Source: a virus
IMG/VR virus record: IMGVR_UViG_3300028829_004116
Location: 28,256 to 92,255 of that record
Length of the DNA stretch: 64,000 nt
Strand: one strand, 5' to 3'
Shown: positions 56,858 through 64,000 of the stretch, piece after piece
Layout: every line of letters starts with the position of its first letter
How positions within the stretch are numbered: position 1 is the first letter of the stretch
Translations under genes and position numbers: made by a program
Notes under the pieces: generated by a model
What the model was told of the DNA's origin: nothing
What the model saw: the letters and a program-made list of their open reading frames with translations, nothing else
Databases searched by the model: none

Positions 56858-59455
56858 ATGAATATTATAAGTGAACAGGAATTTGGAGAACTATTAGACG
56901 AATTTATACGAGAAGGTGAGTTTAAAAATAAAACTGGAAATTTAGAAGAGGATAAACAGATTCTAAATAGAATAGCAGGTAAGACAGAAAAATTAGAAAA
57001 TATCGAAGCCCGCCTACCACAGATGGATGAACGCATAAAGACAATTGCCGCCCTTTCCGATTTAGCAGAAATTGTAGAAGTAGATATGTTATTAGGTCCG
57101 GACAAAATTTTTACAAAACAAACCTCTAAGGTTTTATCCGATTCATATTCCGTTGCTGAGGTATTTAACAGACTTACGGATATTACACAGACGGCTTGGG
57201 ATGAAAGAGTATCTCTTACGGGCGATAACTGGAAAGTAACAATGGCCCAATGTGAGGCATATATACAAGATGGAGTTTTTAAAGAATACCCTGAAATAGA
57301 TGATATTTTAGTTGGTGTGATTATTGCTGGAGAAAAGCAGACCGAGGGAAGAGAAGAGGTTCAAGTAGACACCAAAAAACTTGACGAACTCTTTGACGGT
57401 TTTAGAAAATATCAATTGGAAGACGCTGGAGATAGAAAAAAGATTTACGAATACTGGGCAGGAACAGATGCTACATTTAAGTCATTTGAGGAAATAGTAA
57501 TTGAAATGCCAATTATGGATGCAGTTATTAGACTAAAAAGAGAAGACCCCGAACAAGCAAGAACTTCGATGGACAATACAAGAAAGGTTATTCTTGAAAA
57601 ATATAGTAAAGTAATTGATAAAATTAATAATTTAAAAATACCCAAATATACTATTACATATCCAACTCCACCAACAATGGACCAATATTCTCAAGAAGTT
57701 TCTTTGGTTAAGTTAGCCGGAGATTTGGTCTATCAAATCACAAGAGTAGATACAAAAGAATATAGAGAAATATTTTCAAGAGGAATTTCAAGCGATGAGG
57801 TAGACATTCAAGATGAAACTCAATACGCACAAAATGAAAATCCCGGCGATAATACAACAACTTCTTCCGTTGATTACGATGTTCAAGTTGGTGAAGAATT
57901 AGTAGCCGAAGTAGAAATGATAGAAAAAATGGCCGACCCACTTTCTCTATTAGCGGCTAAATTAAATAAATCTCAATTGTATGTTGAAGACGGTTTAGCA
58001 ACAAAGGTTGAAGAGAAGGTTGTTGAAGAATTATCGGAATATTTACAGAACCCTGATATTTTAGATATGGTAAAGGAAAGTTATTTGGACCAAATAAAGG
58101 AATTCGTGGGAGAGATAAAAAGCGACTTCGTAAAAGAAGGGCCTTACACTTTTATGATTTTAGACGATAAGAAAAATAGTAGTATATTGACTAAATTTAA
58201 ATCCGACACGGAAAAATATAAATTTACCTTAGAATACTACCAACCAGTGACACAAGATAATAATATTAAACTAATATTAAAAACAGTTGAAAAAAATTCA
58301 TATATAGATTATATTAATTCTGTAAATGAAATGGCAAACGAGTTATTCGACACCATAGTTGAAATTAAAAATATATTACCAGAAGCCCGCTTTAACAGAA
58401 ATGTAGCAAGAAAGCCAGTTAGAAAAAAGCCCGGTTCGGCAAGAACCGCTTCTTTATCGGGTGGTAATTATATTGAACAGCCGGGAGAATTCTCAGAAAC
58501 ATTACAAGGGAAAGATGATTTGACCTACGGGTTCTTCGAACAATTAGTTTCTATATTTAATCAATATTATTTTGACATTATAGACTCCCGCTATCTGTTT
58601 GAAATGGATAAACCTAATTTTATTCAATCAGATTCATACAAAAAAATTGCCGCACTTTCTACAAAAACTGGAACAAGTGTAAGAGCGGGCATTAGAAGGG
58701 CTATGGTTAAAAGAGCAAATATCAATATTACCAAAGAGGATTTTAAAAAATTAAATGGCTTTTTTGATGGTCTTAAGCGTTACAGTCAACTTGAAACCCA
58801 AAAGGCGATTGAACTTTTTGATAATGTAACGCCTGTTTTTAGAAAATTATATTTGATGGATTTACCTGAGAGCGATTCGAGAAGAAAACAGATTACTTCT
58901 ATTAACCAAAATCTTACAAATTACATGGGCAAATTACTATTTGAAATACTTGTAGCCTCACAAAGAATAAGTGAAGGTGACGCAAATATATCCGTTTCTT
59001 ACAAGGGTAAATCTTTAGACGAATACAGAGATGCGTCAACGGACATAACACAGTTAAAAATATTTGATGTTTTAGAAGACGAAGAGTTTATAGAATACGC
59101 AAGAGATAATGGTTTAGCCACCTCACTTAGAAAACTAAAGAGAACCCTACGAAGAAATCCATTAAAGATTACAAGAAAACTTACTGATAAAGATGCCATG
59201 TATAAAGCATATGTTGAGGCTCTCGATACTCTTAAAAGTAATAGAGGTGAAAAAATCTACAAGGCATATTTCGACTTTAACGATGTTGGTGATGTAGAAT
59301 ATGTATTAGATTTAATAGAAAAGGAGGACCACATCGACCTTTATGCTCGTGATATTGAGGGTATTATAAAATCATACGATTCATTTAACACGCTATCTTC
59401 TTACTACGGAATTAGCGACGATATAATTTACAAAGTCAAGGGGCTATTTAGATGA
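56858..59455 (+). CDS. Large alpha-helical hypothetical protein
   Basis: 865-aa ORF; GGTGA RBS. Confidence 0.75.
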   Translation: MNIISEQEFGELLDEFIREGEFKNKTGNLEEDKQILNRIAGKTEKLENIEARLPQMDERIKTIAALSDLAEIVEVDMLLGPDKIFTKQTSKVLSDSYSVAEVFNRLTDITQTAWDERVSLTGDNWKVTMAQCEAYIQDGVFKEYPEIDDILVGVIIAGEKQTEGREEVQVDTKKLDELFDGFRKYQLEDAGDRKKIYEYWAGTDATFKSFEEIVIEMPIMDAVIRLKREDPEQARTSMDNTRKVILEKYSKVIDKINNLKIPKYTITYPTPPTMDQYSQEVSLVKLAGDLVYQITRVDTKEYREIFSRGISSDEVDIQDETQYAQNENPGDNTTTSSVDYDVQVGEELVAEVEMIEKMADPLSLLAAKLNKSQLYVEDGLATKVEEKVVEELSEYLQNPDILDMVKESYLDQIKEFVGEIKSDFVKEGPYTFMILDDKKNSSILTKFKSDTEKYKFTLEYYQPVTQDNNIKLILKTVEKNSYIDYINSVNEMANELFDTIVEIKNILPEARFNRNVARKPVRKKPGSARTASLSGGNYIEQPGEFSETLQGKDDLTYGFFEQLVSIFNQYYFDIIDSRYLFEMDKPNFIQSDSYKKIAALSTKTGTSVRAGIRRAMVKRANINITKEDFKKLNGFFDGLKRYSQLETQKAIELFDNVTPVFRKLYLMDLPESDSRRKQITSINQNLTNYMGKLLFEILVASQRISEGDANISVSYKGKSLDEYRDASTDITQLKIFDVLEDEEFIEYARDNGLATSLRKLKRTLRRNPLKITRKLTDKDAMYKAYVEALDTLKSNRGEKIYKAYFDFNDVGDVEYVLDLIEKEDHIDLYARDIEGIIKSYDSFNTLSSYYGISDDIIYKVKGLFR

Positions 59456-60036
59456 AGAGTATGAAGATGAAGGATGGAACAGTAATTACTTTTCCTGATA
59501 AAATATACTCGGATGATGAACTTGTAGATTTATGGGCCGCAGTTGGTTGGAAACATATACCGAGAAGAGAAAGACTTACTATTGCGGAAATTAGTCGTGT
59601 AGAACCCGATGGGTATTATATTGCTATGGATGGTGAATATATTGTTGCTCATTGTGGTTGGGTTGATAGAGGAGATATTTTTCAAACCTGTGGGACAAAG
59701 GTAAGTAAAGGTTATACATTTAGAAGTTATAAAGGTGAAGGCATATCCAATGTTCTTCGTCAAAAAAGACTTGAGGTAATAGGTAGTAATCCCGCCATGT
59801 CGTTTATTAATAATTCAACCGAAGGTTGGTTAAAAAGTTTAATGAAAGAAGGCTGGGAAATAGGAAGTGCTGAAGATTTACCAGAACAGTATCAAGACCT
59901 TGCTCAACAATTATCCGACTCTTATACTATCCTAATATTAAATATTAAATCAAAGGCTATGAAAAAGGCTTGGGAAATTTTAAAGAATCGTCGTAGTAAA
60001 AAGGCATATAAGCGTAAAAAGGAGAGGAAAGAATAA
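59452..60036 (+). CDS. GNAT-fold acetyltransferase-like protein
   Basis: YYIAMDGEYIVAHCGW...YKGEGIS acetyl-CoA motif A-like; C-terminal AWEILK. Confidence 0.55.
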   Translation: MKSMKMKDGTVITFPDKIYSDDELVDLWAAVGWKHIPRRERLTIAEISRVEPDGYYIAMDGEYIVAHCGWVDRGDIFQTCGTKVSKGYTFRSYKGEGISNVLRQKRLEVIGSNPAMSFINNSTEGWLKSLMKEGWEIGSAEDLPEQYQDLAQQLSDSYTILILNIKSKAMKKAWEILKNRRSKKAYKRKKERKE

Positions 60037-61448
60037 TGGACTTACTTACAGAAATGGATATGAAAGCCTCCGATGGTAATTTTGAATATTTCTTTACAAA
60101 AATTCTCGGAATGGAAATGGCAGACTTTCACCGTGATTGGCTACAATCAGTTCACGACACTCAAAGAACTGTAATTATTTGTTCTCGTGACCACGGAAAA
60201 TCTGTATTCTTTCACTCTTGGTGTATCTATCAATTAATTTTTCAACCTCCGCCGTATCAAATGATTTACATTTCATCAAACCAAAAGCAGACAATGGTTC
60301 ACATGAAAGACATTGACCGAATGTTCACAAACATTCCTGCCCTAAGAAAATATAAACCTAAAGCAGGTTGGGCTGTCGGCTCAATGAGATTAACAAACGG
60401 AAATGAAATACTTGAGCGTTCCGTTGGTTCACAAATTCGTGGACTTCACCCTCAAGAGATTATTATTGACGACCCGATGAAGGAGTTTTCTGTTGCCGCT
60501 ATACAGCGAGTCACAGATTGGTTTTGGGGTGACATGATTCCTACTCTTCACCACACCGCTACTTTGCGAATGGTCGGTACACCTTTCACATACACTGATA
60601 TATTTGCCGCATTGGAGGAAAACCCTGAATATGATGTGCAACGCTATCCAGCGATAAATGAAACAGGGGATGCTCTTTGGCCCTCCCGTTGGGATATAGA
60701 TTCTTTAGAAAAGAGAAGGCGAGAAATCGGTTCTTCTAAGTTTACAAGAGAATATCTTTGCATACCAATTTCATCCAACACGATGTTATTTGGAAAAGAA
60801 TTTATCGACAAGTCTAAAGACCGAACAAGTAAGTTATCGTATCATGGCAATACTGAGGCATTCAAATACTACATTGGCTATGACCCCTCACTTTCAGCAG
60901 ACGGGGATTACACAGTAATGATGGTTATTGAAGTAGATGAGGATATGAATAAAAAGGTGGTTTGGATGGTAAGAGAAAAAAATATGGATTTCCGTTCACA
61001 CATCACCCGCATTACAGACCTTTGCGAGAGATACAAACCCGAAGTTGTAATGATTGAAACTAATACATTCGCAAAGTCCTTCGCTATGGAATTGCGTGAC
61101 ATATCCGACTTTCCCGTTAAAGAATTTACAATGCACCGTAAGAAGAAAGAGGAAATTATTCTTAACTTGCAGATGAATTTGGAGAATAATAAAATTATAC
61201 TACCCTATGCGGATGAAAAAGCAAAGGGTGTTTCCGACGCAATTATACAAGAACTCGAAGCATTCGGTATTAGCAGTACGGGAAAAATTGAAGGTTTGGG
61301 CGCACACGATGATATTGTTATTGCCCTCGCTTTGGCTAATCACGCCACAAAGTCTTTTAATGATGCTTTCATAGACATAGACAGTAGCGGGTTATTTGGA
61401 ACACCAAAACAAGATTTCGGAGGTGGAATATATGGAATTAATATGTAA
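60036..61448 (+). CDS. terL: Terminase large subunit
   Basis: SRDHGKS Walker A, IIIDD Walker B, VGTP, IGYDPS and HDDIVIALALA nuclease motifs. Confidence 0.95.
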   Translation: MDLLTEMDMKASDGNFEYFFTKILGMEMADFHRDWLQSVHDTQRTVIICSRDHGKSVFFHSWCIYQLIFQPPPYQMIYISSNQKQTMVHMKDIDRMFTNIPALRKYKPKAGWAVGSMRLTNGNEILERSVGSQIRGLHPQEIIIDDPMKEFSVAAIQRVTDWFWGDMIPTLHHTATLRMVGTPFTYTDIFAALEENPEYDVQRYPAINETGDALWPSRWDIDSLEKRRREIGSSKFTREYLCIPISSNTMLFGKEFIDKSKDRTSKLSYHGNTEAFKYYIGYDPSLSADGDYTVMMVIEVDEDMNKKVVWMVREKNMDFRSHITRITDLCERYKPEVVMIETNTFAKSFAMELRDISDFPVKEFTMHRKKKEEIILNLQMNLENNKIILPYADEKAKGVSDAIIQELEAFGISSTGKIEGLGAHDDIVIALALANHATKSFNDAFIDIDSSGLFGTPKQDFGGGIYGINM

Positions 61449-62805
61449 GGAAGATGAAATTAATACAGACGAACTTCGCAGAAAGTTGCCAGAACTTGAA
61501 GAGGCACAAAGACTTGAAGCGGAAAAAAAGAAAGAAATAAAAGATTTATTGAAACTTAGTGAATGGCTACCATATCAGTCAATTGATGAAACTGAAGTTA
61601 TCAAAGACATTTCTAAAATATATCAAGTTAATCTCACCGAAGCAAGAAATATGCTTTCTTCTTTTCCTGAAGAACCACTAATTGATAACAAACCTATACC
61701 GGATATTGTTAAAGATTTACGAAATATGCGTAGAAAATTGAAGGGTGATTCGAGAATGAAAATGAGTAAGACAATAGACCATCTGATTAACGCATATGGT
61801 GAACATTTGAATAAGTGCATGGATTCTATATATTGGATTTCGCCATACAAGCCCGCACTTAAATTACTTACTCCAGATTTAGTCACTCTAAGAAAATTGG
61901 AACATATTAAAGACGGAGATGTGAGGGCAAATATTCTTGATAATCTTACAAAGATGTGGGAGGCTAATATATTTAAAAATGAATTAGACTACGGTAAAGA
62001 ATATACTGATTATACTAAAGTGTTTAAGGAGAGTAAGAAAAATATTCGCTCTACAATTAAAGACATTTCACATCAATCAATTAGAAAGTCAAGACAAGAT
62101 GTATTGGATAACATTATCACTAAAACTATTTGTAATAATCCGGGTATCTCAAGTAATAGTATTCACTCGATGTTGCCCAAAAGTTATCATCGTTCTACTA
62201 CACCACAGACAATTTCTAAAATGTTAAGAAGAATTAACGCCACGAATGTTAACGGAGATTACTACATTCTTAGTGATACTATAAAGAAAGACCTTTATGG
62301 ATATGTAGCAGGATTTATTGACTCGGATGGTTATATTACTATGGACTCGTCTTATTCTCCCCGTGTAGGCATGATTGCCACAGGAGATAGAGGTCGTGCA
62401 TTTTTCCAAGAAATGGAAAAGGAACTAAAAATTGGCCGCCTACATTTAGACCAAAAGGTGGGAGAAAATAACCGTAGTCAGCATAGGTTAAATTTTTATA
62501 GTCAAAACGATATTACAAAATTGTTAGACAAGTGCCTACCCCACCTTCGTATGAAAAAGGAACAAGGTAGGCTTTTACAAGAGGCTATTAAAATTAAGAA
62601 ACATTACAAGAAAGAACCGTGGGCAAAAGACAGAATGGTAGAAATTTTTAAACTTATCAAGTGGGAAAACTGGAAGGATGCCCGCAAGCAAGGTGCTGTT
62701 GAATTTGAAAAATATGATATACGGCCCGATAATATTTCAAAATATAAGGATAACTGTAAGTGGGATTTAATGAACGAGATGGATTCTATCGTTAAGGAGG
62801 AATAA
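61432..62805 (+). CDS. LAGLIDADG endonuclease-domain protein with long N-terminal helical/wHTH region
   Basis: YVAGFIDSDGYI; LPHLRMKKEQ; GGAGGTG RBS before 61432. Confidence 0.8.
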   Translation: MELICKEDEINTDELRRKLPELEEAQRLEAEKKKEIKDLLKLSEWLPYQSIDETEVIKDISKIYQVNLTEARNMLSSFPEEPLIDNKPIPDIVKDLRNMRRKLKGDSRMKMSKTIDHLINAYGEHLNKCMDSIYWISPYKPALKLLTPDLVTLRKLEHIKDGDVRANILDNLTKMWEANIFKNELDYGKEYTDYTKVFKESKKNIRSTIKDISHQSIRKSRQDVLDNIITKTICNNPGISSNSIHSMLPKSYHRSTTPQTISKMLRRINATNVNGDYYILSDTIKKDLYGYVAGFIDSDGYITMDSSYSPRVGMIATGDRGRAFFQEMEKELKIGRLHLDQKVGENNRSQHRLNFYSQNDITKLLDKCLPHLRMKKEQGRLLQEAIKIKKHYKKEPWAKDRMVEIFKLIKWENWKDARKQGAVEFEKYDIRPDNISKYKDNCKWDLMNEMDSIVKEE

Positions 62806-62807
62806 AT

Positions 62808-64000
62808 ATGGGACTAAGAGATAGATTTAGAACACTAATAAGGAGAAGAACACCTATTCCTACTGAAAAGGAAGTATATAATTTAGGTATTCAAGAGCGC
62901 AGATACCCCCAACATTACGCAGGGCGGTATTTATACGATACGGCTAAAAACTCAACTGTTGTTCGAACTTGTTTGGTTCAACTTAAAAATGAGGTTTTCC
63001 GCCGAGGGTATGAATGGAAAAAGGCATTTGACATGAAGTGTAATAACTGTGGATATGAACACCAAAAACATGTAGAAGAGTGTATGAACTGCGATTCTAC
63101 TGATTTGAGAACTCCAAATTACAGTCAAAAGGTGTATGCTGAAAATTTCTTTAAGCACCATGTAAATGATTCACACCAGTTATTTATTGACATTCTAAAG
63201 GAACTTGAAACTGACCTCAATGTTATGGATGATGCGTTCCTGATTTTAGTTAAGGATTATTTCTTAGAAGAAAATGGTGAAATAGCCATGTCTAAAATAA
63301 ATGAAATTTATAGAGGCGACCCAACGACAATGTTTATTGAAGTTGATGAGGATGGAGATAGGGGGCATGAAAGATATACCTGTGTCACACATAGAGATTT
63401 TATTTCTGAGGAAAGATATGAAAAGTGTGGGATATGTGGGAGTAATTTGCATCCTATCGAATTTACAAATAAAACCGCTCAAGCAGAACAACATTATATT
63501 ACAGGTGAGGTGGTTCATTTTAGTAAGTATTCACCTACAAGATTATACGGCCACCCACCTGTGATTACCCTATTTAATTACATATTTACCCTACAGGCTA
63601 TGGAGTCTTATATCAGCACTTCATACCAAAAGATGAGAACACCAAAGGGTATTCTTGCTGTGCAGACGAATAACATGGAGTCGCTGGTAAAGTATTGGAA
63701 GGGTGTTAAGGAAAAGTTGGAACAAGACCCACACTATATTCCTATCATGGGTATTGAATCCGAAGGTGGTTCTCGTGGTTCAGTTGAATGGATTCCGTTT
63801 ATGAACAGTCTAAAAGAAATGGATTATACTGCCGTTAAGGAAGACTTGAGAACAAGAATCTCCGCTTTCTACGGTGTAAGTAATATATTCATGGCAGATA
63901 ATACTGCTTCCGGTGGACTTAATTCGGAAGGTATGCAAATTCTCGTTACAAATCGTGCTGTTGAAATGGCTCAAGGTGTCTATAACAAATATTTATTTCC
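62808..64000 (+). CDS. Portal protein (3'-truncated), not in ORF track
   Basis: GGAGG RBS; frame open to the window end; LYGHPP, TPKGIL, ISAFYGVS portal-like motifs; follows terminase. Confidence 0.85.
   Translation, partial: MGLRDRFRTLIRRRTPIPTEKEVYNLGIQERRYPQHYAGRYLYDTAKNSTVVRTCLVQLKNEVFRRGYEWKKAFDMKCNNCGYEHQKHVEECMNCDSTDLRTPNYSQKVYAENFFKHHVNDSHQLFIDILKELETDLNVMDDAFLILVKDYFLEENGEIAMSKINEIYRGDPTTMFIEVDEDGDRGHERYTCVTHRDFISEERYEKCGICGSNLHPIEFTNKTAQAEQHYITGEVVHFSKYSPTRLYGHPPVITLFNYIFTLQAMESYISTSYQKMRTPKGILAVQTNNMESLVKYWKGVKEKLEQDPHYIPIMGIESEGGSRGSVEWIPFMNSLKEMDYTAVKEDLRTRISAFYGVSNIFMADNTASGGLNSEGMQILVTNRAVEMAQGVYNKYLF

Noticed and set aside
15871-61448. Inteins or introns in PolB, RNR or terminase; diversity-generating retroelement; integrase
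   Set aside because: Protein lengths and motif spacing are normal; no reverse transcriptase, template/variable repeat pair or recombinase motif seen.

Overview
A 64-kb, AT-rich segment of a tailed dsDNA virus of archaea, most consistent with a magrovirus (virus of Marine Group II/Poseidoniales). The host assignment is an inference from the archaeal-type PolB, AEP primase, PCNA/RFC, XPF, TFB, histone and GGTGA/GGAGG ribosome-binding sites. Layout: (i) 1-9.9 kb, + strand, end of the tail module (giant tail protein, tail fibre, two membrane proteins). (ii) 10-39.8 kb, - strand, replication/early module: exonuclease, MCM-like helicase, XPF, primase, PD-(D/E)XK nuclease, HNH, PolB, clamp, ATPase, SSB, RFC, GroEL/GroES, histone, JAB protease, ThiF/E1, TFB, class II RNR, three tRNAs and a ubiquitin-like protein. 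(iii) 39.8-44.6 kb, a largely non-coding control region with iteron-like repeats, 12 copies of the palindrome ACCATATGGT, duplicated structured units and repeated acidic micro-ORFs. (iv) 44.7-64 kb, + strand, an array of mostly unrelated genes sharing an N-terminal M-x-W-x-D/N-I-L-K leader, followed by terminase, a LAGLIDADG protein and portal. Best candidates for undescribed biology: a virus-encoded ubiquitin-like conjugation system (Ubl ending GG-CY, E1, JAB and a Cys-bearing candidate E2-like domain repeated in late genes); a 19-member shared leader peptide that looks like a capsid-targeting or processing tag on swappable cargo genes; and a palindrome-delimited control region encoding FDDDE micropeptides and pseudoknotted RNAs. 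All annotations are by eye from motifs; no searches were run.
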